A DNA stretch of 64,000 bases, from positions 50,533 through 114,532 of the forward strand of contig JAWKOK010000006.1 of the NCBI GenBank assembly GCA_041391205.1, in the 5' to 3' direction. The notes below the pieces were generated by a model that worked only from the letters and a program-made list of their open reading frames with translations, had not been told where the DNA came from and did not search any database. This document shows positions 8,714 to 21,000 of this stretch, one piece after another; the first letter of the stretch is position 1, and the number at the start of each line of letters is the position of its first letter. The position numbers and the translations under genes were made by a program. The DNA is from Caldilineaceae bacterium. Its GTDB lineage: Bacteria; Chloroflexota; Anaerolineae; Caldilineales; Caldilineaceae.

Positions 8714-9832
8714 ATGCGCATGTCCGCCAAAATTGACGGCCCCTCGCTCTCCCCGGAGATGCTGATTGTGCGCGGCCTCGACTTGAACGCGATCGTGGGG
8801 ACGCACGACTATGTCAGCGCCGTCTATCACCTGCTCACCGGCGAGTTCCCCACGACAGGCGCGGCCGCAATGCTGGATCGATGGCTGTTGGACAATCTGT
8901 GCCGCGCGCACGTGGACGCGCCGCTGCCGGCCCAGGGGCGCGCGGCCGCGGCGTCCGGTGCGACGCCCATCGGCGCGACGGTGGCGGCGCTGGCCGTGGC
9001 CGATGGACGCGGCGACGTCGCCCTGCCCGCGCTGCCGGCCGACCTCGGGCTAGAGCTGTACCGCGACGGTCTCTACTATTTCAGCCTGCTGCCACTCTTC
9101 TGGGCCACGGCAGTCGCGGCCGCATCTGAAGCGACGGCGGACGGCGCGAATGGAGCACCGCCGCCGCTGGACGATGCGCACGACTACCTGGATGCCGTCT
9201 TCATCCTTGCCTGCGGCCGCCACCTGGAAACCGATGCCGCGCGCACGGTCTTTGACGCGGTCATGACTGCGTTCCATGCCGGCTTCGGCGGCCTGACGCC
9301 CACCACCATGGCCCTGCGCACCGCGGCATCGGTGCGCGCCGGTGCCCATGGCGCTGGCCGCCGGCTACACGGCCGCGGGGCCGCTGCACGTGAGGCGAGG
9401 CCAGGCCGCCATGACCCTGTTCCAGCGCATGGTGCAACAGGCCGGCGGCGATCTGGACTCCGTTGTCCACGCCACGCTGGCGCGCCTGGATGAAGCCGGC
9501 CGGCGTGCCCGGGTTTGGCCACCCCCTTCAAGCGCGACCCGCGGGTGGCGCACTTGCGGGCAATCATCCGGTCCAGCGGCTTGACGTCGCCCTATCTCAC
9601 CGTCTTCGACACGCTGGCCGCCACGCTGGAGGATCGCCACGGCATCTATCCCAACATCGACAGCATGGCCGCGGCCGCGTTCTTGACGCTCGGGATTGCG
9701 CCCGCGTTCGGCACCGGTCTGTTTCTGAGTTCGCGCGCCGCAGCCATGGTCGTCCACATCCAGGACGCGCTGGAAGAGCAGCCATTCGGCGGCCGCAGCG
9801 AGACACTGCGCGCGTGGCTGCAACAACCGTAA
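8714..9832 (+). CDS. Citrate-synthase / citryl-CoA-lyase family protein (frame-disrupted)
   Basis: ATG follows GGAAAGGGGGG. The protein reads across three frames. The PGFGHP-FKRDPRV motif (citrate synthase catalytic His region) is split by an extra C in the C5 run at 9522-9526. The C-terminal part is YPNIDSMAAAAFLTLG... Confidence 0.6.
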
Positions 9833-9943
9833 ACATGCGCCGGCGTCAGCGACACCGGCCGCACAAGGACTGCAATGCGCTTGCGGCGCGGCCGTGGCCC
9901 AGCCCGGTGACGGCGCCATTTCACACGAGGAGATCATTCGATC

Positions 9944-10624
9944 ATGCCGAGCAAACCGAACCTGCCGGTCCAGTACAGCGCAGAATTGTACGACCAATAC
10001 ACGGCGCGACAGATCCGCAATTATGACGACCTGATGGCGCACTCGCTGCTGTCCGCCTACCGTGAGCACGGCGGCGACGCGCTGACGCTGGACATCGGCA
10101 CGGGCACGGGGCAACTGCTGATCTATCTGGCACAAGCGCCGGAGTTCGACCGCATGCGTTTTGAAGGGCTGGATCTCTTCGACGATATGGTGGCCCAAGC
10201 GCGCCAGAACGTCCACGCCCACGCGCTGGACGCGCGCATCCGCATCGTGCAGGGCGACGTGCACCGGCTGCCCCAGCCCGACGACTACGCCGATTTCATC
10301 GTCAGCCGCTCCACCATCCACCACTGGGCCGAACCGGTGCAGGCCTTCCGCGAGATGGTGCGCGTCCTCAAACCCTTCGGCATCATGATCATCCACGACC
10401 TCCGCCGCGACCCGCCGCCCGACATCCTGGCCGAGTTCAACCGCCGGCGCGCCGAAATCGGGGTGCCGCCTACCAACTTGGCGGAGAAGTACACGGTCGC
10501 CGAAATCTGGGATCTATTGGAGCAGGCCGACATCGCTGACCTCTGCACGGTGGGCACAACGGAAGACGGCATCGCCGCCATCGGTTTTGAGATTCGCATG
10601 CGCAAGGTCACGGAGTGGGCGTAA
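9944..10624 (+). CDS. Class I SAM-dependent methyltransferase
   Basis: Intact 226 aa with LDIGTGTGQL (motif I), DFIVSRSTIHHW and LKPFGIMIIHD. Confidence 0.8.
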   Translation: MPSKPNLPVQYSAELYDQYTARQIRNYDDLMAHSLLSAYREHGGDALTLDIGTGTGQLLIYLAQAPEFDRMRFEGLDLFDDMVAQARQNVHAHALDARIRIVQGDVHRLPQPDDYADFIVSRSTIHHWAEPVQAFREMVRVLKPFGIMIIHDLRRDPPPDILAEFNRRRAEIGVPPTNLAEKYTVAEIWDLLEQADIADLCTVGTTEDGIAAIGFEIRMRKVTEWA

Positions 10625-13600
10625 TGCCGGGAGCCGAACTGTTCGCCCTCGGCGCCGTCGCCGGCCGCTGGCCGCGGCGCTGGACGCGAGCCGCCGGCAC
10701 CGGGCGCAGGCCGCGCGATCGCTGCGCGCCTGGGCCGCAGAGTACGCACTGGCCACGCCATGCGACCCGGCTGGCCGTGGTGGCGGACGACGTCGACGCC
10801 CTGTCGCGCCGCTGGACCGCCTGCGACGCCTCTGCGTGACACCGCCGTTTCCAAGGAACGGATTGCGCCGTCGGTCTTCTACGCGACGGCCCTGCCGGGC
10901 AAACCGTCCTCCTGTTCCCGGGCATCGGCTCGGCGTACGACGGGATGATGGACGGGCCACCCAGGCCTTTCCGGGCGTCGAGCAGTGGTTCCGGGACATG
11001 GACGCGCCGTTCGCCGTCATGGAGCCGCACGCAGCTGTATCCGCCGACGCGCCAAATCTTCTGCCGCAAAACGGCCTGCCCAACTTCATCGGCACCATGG
11101 CCATGTTCGGTCTCATGGAACGCGCGGTGAAGTACCATGCGCTGGCCGGACACAGCAATGGCGAAAACGTTGGTGGCGTCGGGCAAAATGGCGTTCCGTA
11201 GCTCGCGGATGATCTCATGCACATCCTCAGCGACGTGCTCCACGCCAGCGTCCAGAACCACGCCGGCGAATACGTCGCGGGCGTGACGCTTGCGGTCAGC
11301 GGCGTGCCCGTCGACCGGCTGGAAGTGCTCTGCGCCCAATCCGGGGGCAAGATGGTCGTGGCCATGGTGAACTGTCCCACCCAGGTGGTCATGTTCGTCA
11401 CCGACGGCTATGCCGCCCAGGCGCGCGCACTCGTCGCCGGCGCCGGCGGCCTGCACGTGCAGCTTCCGCTCCAGGAGCCGCTCCACACGCCCTTCTTCCG
11501 GCCCGCCATGCCGCGCCTGAGCCAGATCTACGACGCCATCCGCTTCGAGCCGGGCCTCCATCCGGTCTACAGTTGCAACACGGCGCAACTCTTTCCCGCG
11601 GAGCCTGCCGCCATCCGCAGCCTCGCGCTCAGCCAGTGGATCAACCAGGTGCGCTTCCAGGCCATGTTGGAACAGCTCTATGCCGACGGCTTCCGCACCT
11701 TCGTCGAGGTCGGTCCCGGCAGCGTGCTCACCGGTTTTGTGACCGACACGCTGCGCGGGCGCGGCGACTTCCGCGCGCTGGCGACGGACAACCCACGGCG
11801 GCCCGGTCTGCGCCATTTTCCTCGAGACCCTGGGCTGCCTCTTTGTGCACGGCCAGGATCTGGACCTGGCGCATCTGTACAGTGACCCAGCCGAACACGC
11901 CCCGGCCACCGTCACAGGACGCGATGACGTACCGGCCCCGCCGCCTGCCACCCCGTTGCTCTCTTGTATTTCGGTGCCGCTGCGGGACAGGCTACGTGAG
12001 CGCGCCGTCTTCGCCGGCCGTAAACGGTCATGCGGCTGTGCCGGCGGCCGCCAGGTCTGCTGGTGGCGGCCGTCCGTCGCCGCACCCTGACCCGCGCACA
12101 GCAGAGCCTGCTCGAGTCCCACTTTGCGCTCATGCAGGAATTCCTGGGCAGCCAGGAGCGCACATTGACGGCCCTGCGCCACGCTGACAACGCCCGCGCC
12201 GGTGCACATCGATCACGTGCCGACCCGGCCCACGCGAGTGCAGATCGCATTGCCGCTGCTCGGCGCGACGCCTGCGACCGACGGCATGTCCACGACGCTG
12301 GACGTCACCGTGGACGTGGCGCGCCACGTGATGTTGCTGGACCACGCGCTGGCCAACCAGAACGAGCTGACGCCGCCGGGCATGTCGCCGCTGCCGCTGG
12401 TGCCCTTCGCCGTCAGCATGGAGTACATGGCCGAAGTCGCCGCCACGCTGCGACCGGGCTGGTTCGTCCGCCGGCTGGAGAAGCTGCGCAGCTATCGCTG
12501 GCTGGCCCTGGACGCCGGGACGCTGCCTCCGGGTGCTTTCAGGCGCGCAGTGCACGGCGCAGACGCCCGCCGGCGCCACCATCGCGGTGCAGGTGTTCAC
12601 GCTTGCGGGCGACGAACCCGTGCTGGCCGTGGAGGGCGTCGTGCAGATGGAGGCCACGCCGCCGGTGACACGCAACCGGTGTACACACTGCAAGCGCAGT
12701 GTCGTGGAGCCATGCCGGTCCCCCCCTTTGCCGAATTCTATGCACGCTATCTCTTCCACGGTACTTCCCGTTTCCGCTTTCATCCGCTGCGCACGTCGTG
12801 GCCGACGACGGCATCGAAGTCGCTTGAGTGGCCATCGATCCGCAGCAGCGGTACCAGGCCGACGCGGCCCTGCGCCGTCACCTGCTACCGCTGGTCTTTT
12901 TGGACTGTCTGGGCCAGTCGACGGCCTACATTCTCTACGAACGCACAAGCACTTTGCGCTCTTCCCCTCCAGATCGAATCCTTCGAGCAATTTTCGCCCC
13001 AGTTGGCGCGGGCGCAGCAGATTCGGGCGCGCAGCCATGCCGGTTTCAAGGAGGCGATTTGTCACCCACCACGCTGGAATTTCTGGACGACCAGGGACAC
13101 GTGCTCGGGCGTTACCAACTTCCGCCAGCGCTACTTCGACGACCCGCAGGTGGCCCAATTCATTGCGCCTCAGACGCCTGAGTTCTTCCATTCGGCCGAG
13201 TTGACGCGGGTGCACCGGCGGTCACTGCGTGGCATCACCACGGGCTTCAGCAGCGAACTCTTCAGCACCAGTGACGGCATCTGGCTGCGGGCGCTGCGGG
13301 CTGTGGTGCTGGCGCCTGCCGACTCCGCCACGTGGCATCGCGCCGCCTATCGCGCGGCCGCACGCATGCACTGGCTGCTGGGTCGCGTGGCCGCCAAAGA
13401 CGCGGTGCGCCGCTGGGCGCAGGCGACCCACGGGCTGGCGCTCATGCCGTGGGACATTGCGATCACCAACGCGGCGTCGGGTCAGCCGTCGTATGTCCCG
13501 CTGGCGCAGTTGAGTCCGCTGCCCGATCTGGCCATCTCCCAGCCACGACCGCGCTGCATGCGTATTCTGTCCTGCCGGGCCGGGTGGGCATCGACCTGGA

Positions 13601-13990
13601 GTTTGCCCCGGGCCGCGACGAAGCGGTGCTGGCGTCCATCTTGAGCGACGACGAGCGCCTCGTTGCAGCAGGCAGGCGGCGTCACGCTGGCCGGGCTGCT
13701 CTTTTGCTGGTGCAAAGGAAGCGGCGGCCAAAGCGTCGGGTCACGCCAAGGGGGTGGTGCCGTACGCGCAAGGGGCTTCGTCACCTACGCGCCGCCGACC
13801 GCGGCCGCGCCGCGGCCACGCCACCGTTGCCCACGACGGCGCACTTCGCGGTCACGCTTTGGCGCGAGGGAGACGCCCAGCCTGCCCTCTGCCACTTGCC
13901 CGAGTTCGACCCAGGCGTTGCCGTCATCACTTGGCCCAGCCCGTCACATCACCCGCACCACCCGCACGTTGATTCACGCGCCACGTTGCT
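10624..13990 (+). CDS. Multidomain acyltransferase - PKS-type dehydratase - 4'-phosphopantetheinyl transferase protein, heavily frame-disrupted (at least 10 switches); 3' end approximate
   Basis: The ATG overlaps the methyltransferase stop (TAATG). Domain evidence: AT has LLFPGIGSAYDGM..., ALAGHSNGE, ...FVEVGPGSVLTGF. DH has LLDHAL...PLVPFAVSMEYMAEVA and LFHG...LLPLVFLDCLGQ. PPTase has RVGIDLEF and the GAKEAAAKA motif near 13600-13730. Confidence 0.6.
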
Positions 13991-14038
13991 TCACCGACAC
14001 GACAGTCACCCGGCAGACGTTTGCCCCAGGAGGAGACC

Positions 14039-14338
14039 ATGGCGACCAAAGACGAAATCTCCCAGGTTGTGCTCACCACATTGGCGGAGAAACTGGACGA
14101 ATGGACGATTGACCACGACGAGTTGACGCTGCAAACCCTGCTCATCAACGAACTGGGCCTCTCGTCCATCGACGTGGTGCACGTGCTCATGAGCATCAAC
14201 ATGCAGCTCAACGAGCGGCTACAGTACGGCAACTTCATGGTGACGGAGCAGCACAAGGACGACGTCCCGGTCGAGGCGATTGTGGACTACATCGTGACGA
14301 GCCTCAACGAGGGCGAAGACGCGTTCTTGGCGGTCTGA
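14039..14338 (+). CDS. Discrete acyl carrier protein
   Basis: AGGAGG lies upstream of ATG 14039. The 99-aa acidic protein has the INELGLSSIDVVHVL phosphopantetheine-attachment context. Confidence 0.7.
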   Translation: MATKDEISQVVLTTLAEKLDEWTIDHDELTLQTLLINELGLSSIDVVHVLMSINMQLNERLQYGNFMVTEQHKDDVPVEAIVDYIVTSLNEGEDAFLAV

Positions 14339-14359
14339 CCGGCGCGGAGCCGGCTTCAC

Positions 14360-15122
14360 ATGGTGCAACTCTACTTTTCGGCCGACGACTTCGGCCTCAC
14401 AGACGGCGTCGCGCGCGGGATCGTGAGCAGCATCCGCGACGGCGTGGTGGCGACCACCAGTGCCATGGTCTGCGTGCCGGACGCCGCGACCCACTTGCAG
14501 CGCTGGTCCGCGGCGTTGCCGGGTCGCATCGGCGGGCACCTGCAACTCACCGGGGGCCGTCCCTGTCTGCCGCCGGCGCGCGTGCCGTCGCTGGTGGACG
14601 CGTCCGGCGCATTTCTGCCGTCACGCGCTCGCGACCGCGGCCGCACCCGCGCCGAGGAAGTCTACGCCGAGTGGAACGCCCGTTTCGCCTGGCGGAGTGC
14701 GGGATCGCGGTGACGCACCTGGACAGCCATCATCACGTCCACCGCCTGCCCGGCATCTTCGACGTCTACTGCGCCATCGCCCGGGAGCGGAGCCTGCCCG
14801 TGCGCACCCACGACCGGCGCATGACCCAGGCGCTGCGCCGCCGCAACATCCGCTGCGCCGACCAATGTCTGACCGAAGCTCTACGGGGCCAAGGCCACGG
14901 CCGAGGAGCTGCACCGCGCCGTGCGCGCCGCGACCCTGCGCAGCGGGCCGGACGCCGTGCTCGAAGTCATGTGTCACCCTCGGCGAGGTCGACGACGCGC
15001 TGCCGACCTTGAGCAAGTACACGGACGGACGTGCCCAGGAGTTGGCGCTGCTCTGTGCGCCCGAGTTCCGGGCAGAGCTCAAGAGTTGGGGCGTGGAGTT
15101 GCTCGACACACCCCACGGTTGA
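14360..15122 (+). CDS. YdjC/ChbG-family carbohydrate deacetylase (frame-disrupted)
   Basis: N-terminus LYFSADDFGLTDGV..., then THLDSHHHVHRLP in a second frame, and VLEVMCHPGEVDD...ELALLCAPEF at the C-terminus. All are YdjC signatures. Confidence 0.65.
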
Positions 15123-15166
15123 CCCGGAATGTGGGGCGGCTCGCCGCCGGGAAAGGAGGACCGACC

Positions 15167-15947
15167 ATGTCTGCGCCACTCATCCGCAACACGCTGTTCG
15201 ACACGACGCCGCTGGTCGTCCACGCCCACGGGTATCACACGTTCAAGCCGTTAAAAATGGAGCCGATTTCAAGGCGGCCTTCTTCGCCACGCCGCCCCGA
15301 CAGATCGGGCCTCCACGCCGGACCTGACCGTCATCACGTGGAACAACGGCGCCGCGGGCATGGGCATCCTGGAGCGAAGTCTCACGCACCTGGGCGTGCC
15401 GGTGACGGTGCTGGGGCAGGACGTTCCGGTCTGGAACAACGCCGTCCACAAGCCCCAGGTCACGGCCGCTGCGCCAAGCCGCGGATCACGACCGAGTTCG
15501 TGCTGGGCATCGACTCGCGTGATGCGCTGTTGCTGGGCGATCCCGCCGAGTTGGTGGCCCGTTTTGTGGACGAGTACGACTGCCGGCTGCTGTTTGCCGC
15601 GGACCTGGTCAACTGGCCCACGTTGGCCCGCTTCGACGCCTTCGAGTCCTCGTTGCCGCCGGCCCAGGGCAACCGCTTCCGCTACTTCAACGGCGGCATG
15701 TGGATCGGGCGCACGGCGTACTGCCGGCGCTTCTTTGCCGAGGCGACACGCGTGCCGCCCTGCCCGGAACAGCCCGATTCGGAGCAGGGGCATTCTCAAG
15801 CAGATGTTCCCGGGATCACTTCCCGGACGTCTACCTGACTACCGGTGCAGCCTGTTCCAGAACATCGGGTTCGTCTTCAACCCCATTCTTGAAGTGAACG
15901 GCGGCCCCGTGGCGTTGGAACGGCTGCTCAAAGTCAAGTCGACCTGA
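15167..15947 (+). CDS. Putative GT-A-like nucleotide-sugar transferase (frame-disrupted)
   Basis: GAAAGGAGGA precedes ATG 15167. The pieces ...VLGIDSRDALLLGDP...LLFAADLVNWP...RYFNGGMWIGR... resemble PLOD/GT-A-type glycosyltransferase cores. The assignment is tentative. Confidence 0.4.
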
Positions 15948-15960
15948 AGGAAGGCATGCG

Positions 15961-16853
15961 ATGAATCTTCGCTGGAGCTGGTCCATTTCCATCTGCCACG
16001 TGACCGACCCGCGGCACCTCACACCGGCTGCGACACGCCGACGCCCGTGCTCAGCCGCGCTCGACGTGAACGATGTGCCCGCGAGTTTCGTGGCCGATCC
16101 AACTACGCCAGCACGCCGGGTCCTGGCGGCGACGCGGCACATGTTCTTCGAGGTGTGGAACGACGACACGGAGCAGGGCGAGAGATCGGCTACGCGTCCA
16201 GTGGCGATGGGCGGCGCCTGGCGCTACGAGCGCATGGCGCTGCGCATGCCCTACCACCTCTCGTACCCGTTCGTCTTCGCCCGGGAGGGTGCCCACTACA
16301 TGGTGCCGGAGACGCCAGGACGGCGCAGTCAATCTCTTTGTGGCCGACGATTTCCCTCGCTGGCGCAAGCCGCGCCTGCTGGACGGGGACTTCGCTGACG
16401 TGCGTCCCTCTTCCGCTATCTCGACCGCTGGTGGATGTTCGTGCTCCACGGCACCGAGGACTTGATGGCCTTCCACGCCGACGACCTCTTCGGGCCGGCA
16501 GCCCCATGCGGCCAATCCGCTGATCGTGGGCGACCCGACGCGCAGCAGCGCCTGCGGACGTCCCGTCCTGCACGACGGTAGCCTGATCCGCTACGCCCAG
16601 GATTGTCTGCCCGTACGGCTTCCAGGTCCGCGCCATGAACGTGACCGCACTGTCCGCAACCGTGCTTTCACGAAGAGGAAGCGGCCAACAGTCCCATCCT
16701 CAAGCCGACGCGCAAAGGCTGGAAATCGCGCTCAAGATGCACCATGTGGATGCCATGCAACAGGAAGACGGCAGTTGGCTCGCCTGCGTGGACGGAGCGA
16801 CGTTGGTCCGCAGCAGCCCGTTGGAAGGGATCTCGCAAAATGCCCCTTTTTGA
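15961..16853 (+). CDS. GH43-like beta-propeller family protein (the family often annotated as glucosamine inositolphosphorylceramide transferase-like), frame-disrupted
   Basis: Reconstructed pieces are FVADP..., HMFFEVWN..., GEIGYASSGDG, MPYHLSYPFVFAREGAHYMVPET, FPRW, RWWMF, ANPLIV, SLIRYAQDC. Confidence 0.4.
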
Positions 16854-18046
16854 GCAAGACCACCCGCTGCGCGCCTGCCTCCACCGTCGGGTCCGCCCCA
16901 GATCGGCGGCGTGGGCCGCGCAGTGCAGCGTCTCGTCCGTCACCTGAGCGAGGCCGGCTGCGACGTCCACGTGGTGACAACGGTTTACGAAAACCCGGAG
17001 CGGGACGAGCCGTGGTCCAGCCGGGAGGACGGGGCCACCATCCATCGCCTGCCCCTGCTCTCCGGCGACGTGGACGCGCAGGCGCTTCCGGAGGCAGAGT
17101 ACAAGGCGTTGCTACGCGAAGGGGCGCAGAAGCTGGCCCAATACGTCTTCGAGCTTGACGCCCGCCACCGCTTCGAGCTCTTCCACGCGCTTTACCTCAA
17201 GATGGCGTACCCCCTGTGGCTGGCGGCGTTTTTCCGCCCCGCCGTCCGCTCATCGTGAGCCTGCGGCGGCAGCGACATCATGGTGGACGTCGAGAACCCG
17301 ACCATGCGCGACGTCTTCACGCGCATCCTCACCGACGCGACCTGGGTCACGGCCGTCAACCCCGCGTTCCTGCGCCGCCTGGACGGCATCGTCCCGCGCA
17401 CGGGCGGCACGTCGGTCATCGGCAACGCCGTGGACACGGCGGCGCTGCCCCGCTGGGAGCCGACCGCGGCCAATGCCGGCGTGGTCGGCGTGGTGAGCAA
17501 GTTCCGCCGGTCAAGAACATCCCGCTGCTCACCGAGGGCTATGCGCTGGTGCCGGCGGACGTGCGGCGGCGTCTGCTCATGGTCGGCTATTGGGCCGAGT
17601 ATTGCGACGACGAGCGGCTGCGGGCCGACGCCATCGCGGCGCGCTACGGCATCCAAGACGAGATCACGGTGACCGGTGCGCTGCCCGCGACCGCCGTGCC
17701 TGCGCAGTTGCTCAACATGCGCGTCTTCGCCCTCACATCCAAATTCGAGGGCATGTCCAATGCGCTGCTGGAGGCGCTGGCCGTGGGCACGCCCGTGGTG
17801 ACCACCACCGTCGCCGGTTTCGAGGAGCACGCGGTCGCCGGCGAGCATCTGCTCCGGGTGGACTCGGCGGACGCGCCGGCGCTGGCCCGTGCCTTCGACG
17901 CGGTGCTGCGTGACGAGGCGTTGGCGCGGCGTCTCTCCCACGGTGCGCGCGCCCTGGCCGCCCACTACAGCCTGGACGCCGAACGCCGGCGGTGGTTCGA
18001 TCTCTACGGCCAACTCATGGCGGCCCGTGCCCAACCGGCCCGTTGA
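16840..18046 (+). CDS. Glycosyltransferase family 4 (GT-B, Glycos_transf_1), frame-disrupted
   Basis: Pieces are IGGVGRAVQRLVRHL..., SLRGSD, and C-terminal TSKFEGMSNALLEALAVGTPVVTT (the E-x7-E region). Confidence 0.7.
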
Positions 18047-18096
18047 GCGAGCCACACCCGAGCCGCGGATCTATTTTTCACGAGCGAGATAAGCCC

Positions 18097-21000
18097 ATGC
18101 GCAACTTCCTGTGCTTCACCACCACACCGGCCGCCGGCCCGCACGTCGACCTCGCCGGCGCGACCATGCAGGCCGACGGCATCGGCATCCTGGACGCCGA
18201 GTTCTGCGACCCGGCGGCGCTGCCCCGCGCAGTCGAGCACCTGGCCCACCTGCGCACGATTGCCGGTCACATGGACGAAGCGCGCCCCCGCTTCGGCGTC
18301 AAACTGACGGCGCGGCACCATGCAGAGATGCAGCCGTTGCGGAACACACTGGACGGCGCGCCGCACTGGCTGATCCTGACCCGGTGGCGCGCCGCGGACC
18401 TGGAGGCGTGGTCGGTCCCGCCGGGGCAGACGCTGCTGCTGGAGATCACCGATGTTGCGCAATTGGACGATGTGCCTGCGGCGCTGCCGGTGGGCGGTTT
18501 TGTGGCCAAGGGCAACGAGGCCGGCGGCCATGTGGGCGAAGACTCCGCCTTTGTGCTGGCGCAGAAGGTGCTGGCGCGTACCCACGCCCCCGTCTACGTC
18601 CAGGGCGGCATCGGCGTCTACAGCGCGGCCGCCTGTCGCGCGGGCGGCGCGGCCGGCGTGATCCTCGACGATCAATGTTGGCTCATGCCCGAGTCGCCCC
18701 TGGAACCGGCGTGGCAGCGGGAGTTGGCCAAGGTCAACGGCCAGGAGACCGCCGTCTTCGGGACGCGCTTGGGGCAGCGCGTTCGTGTGCTCTTGCGCCC
18801 CACGCTGGCCGGGGCGCACGCGCTGCGCGACGCCGAGCAGCAGTTGGAGACCGATGATGACGACGACCCGGCGGCGCTGGCAGCGCGCTGGCACACACTG
18901 ACGGACGCGCACATCGGCTGGCACGACCCGGCGGCGTATGCGTGGCCGGCCGGTCAGGCCATCGGCCGCGCCCGCGAGCTGTACGAACGCTACCGCACGA
19001 CCGGCCGCCTGATCCAGGCCATGCGCGACGAGAGCTACATGTACCTGGTTCTCGCCCAGGAGCTCCAGCCGCTGGCGCCCGGCGCGCCGCTGGCCGCGTC
19101 CCACGGCACCCGCTATCCGATCATCCAGGGCCCCATGACCCGGGTCAGCGACACGGCCGACTTCGCCAAGGCCGTGGCCGACGCCGGCGCGCTCCCCATG
19201 CTCGCGCTCTCCATGATGCAGTACGACCAGGTCATGCCGCTGCTGGAGGAGACCCAGGCGCGGCTGGGCGCGCAGCCGTGGGGAGTGGGCATTCTCGGCT
19301 TCGTGTCGCCCGACGTGCGCTCGGCGCAGATGCGGGCGGTCTTCGCGGCCAAGCCGCGCTTCGCCATCATCGCAGGCGGGCGGCCGGACCAGGTCGCGGA
19401 AGCGGAGGCCCAGGGCATCGCCACCTACGTCCACGTGCCCGTGCCCACGCTGCTGCCCATGTATCTCGCCCAGGGCATCCGGCGCTTCATCTTCGAGGGA
19501 CGTGAGTGCGGCGGCCACATCGGCCCGCTCACCAGCTTTGCGCTGTGGGACAGTATGGTCAGCACGCTGCTGGCCCACGTGCAGGAGGACGACGCGCCCG
19601 CCGTGCACGTGGTCTTCGCCGGCGGCATCCATGACGAGCGTTCGGCGGCCATGGTCGCGGCGTTGGCGGCGCCCCTGGCCGCGGCCGGGATGAAGGTGGG
19701 CGTGCTCATGGGCACCGCCTATCTCTTCACCCAGGAAGCCGTGCGCGCCGGCGCGATTGTGGAGGCGTTCCAGCAGGAGGCACTGGGCTGCCGCCGGACC
19801 ATCGACCTGGAGATCAGCCCCGGCCACGCCATCCGCTGCGTCGATACGCCCTTCACCCGCGAGTTCTACGCCAAGCGCCGCCAACTTCTGCGCGCGCAGA
19901 CCGCGCCGCGCGAGGTCAGGGAGCAACTGGAAAGTCTGACGCTGGGGCGGCTGCGCATTGCGTCCAAGGGCATCCAGCGCAACGCGGGCGGCGACCACGT
20001 GACGGTGAAGGCGGACGAGCAAGTCGCGCGCGGAATGTACATGATCGGCCAGGTCGCCACCCTGCGCCAGGAGGTGATCCCCATGCACGAGCTGCATGAC
20101 CGCGTCTCCGCGGGCGGGGCTGCGCTCTTGACCGAGGTGCAAACGCGCGCAGTGCAACGGCGTGCCGCAGCCGGCTCGACCACGACATCCGCCGCGACGA
20201 CGCGCGCCGCGGACCCGTCCCATGACGTGGCCATCATCGGCATCAGCCTCATCATGCCGGGCGCCCAGGAGACCGAAGCGTACTGGCGCAACATCGCGGA
20301 CAAGGTTTCCTCCATCGTCGAAATCCCGCCGACGCGCTGGGATCGGCGCCTGCACTTCAGCGAAGACCCGCAGGAGACCGACCGCATCGCGTCCAAGTGG
20401 GGCGGCTTCATCGACGACGTGCCCTTTGACCCCATGCGTTTCGGCATTCCGCCGCGCGCGCTCAACTCCATCAGCCTGCTGCAACTCATCATGCTGGAGA
20501 CCGTGCGCCGCGGCCTGGTGGACGCGGGCTACGCCGGCCAGGATTACGACCACGAACACACGGCCGTCATCGTCGGCACCGACGGCTCCAATCCGCTCAC
20601 CGATCTCTACGGGCTGCGCACCACGCTGCTGCGTTTCCGCGACGAACTCGATCCCGCGCTCTTTGCGCTCCTGCCGCCCATCACCGAAGAGTCCATGCCG
20701 GGCACGCTCTCCAACGTGGTCTCCGGGCGTGGGCCAATCGCTTCAACTTCGGCGGAGCCAACTTCACCGTGGACGCGGCGTGCGCCTTCGTCGCTCACTG
20801 CGCCATTCTGGGGTGCCAGGAACTGTCCGCCCACAATTGCGACTTGATGAAGTCAGCGGCGCAGATCTCACCCAATCGCTCTTCAGCTACCATGGCTTCA
20901 GCCGCACCCGTTTCGTCGCCCACGGGCAGCGCCTTGCCCTTCGACAAGAACGCCAACGGCATCGTCATCAGCGAAGGCTTCGGCGTGGTGATCCTCAAGC

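Noticed and set aside
18004-20559. 851-aa ORF on the minus strand, opposite the PKS. Similar long antisense ORFs occur at 1574-3247, 10608-12209, 21720-23135, 32772-34334, 55298-57319 and 58963-60615.
   Set aside because: All are Arg/Gly/Ala/Pro-rich shadow ORFs of the kind generated by high GC and stop-codon scarcity. They lie antisense to genes with clear family motifs, and they have no RBS-linked starts and no recognisable domains.
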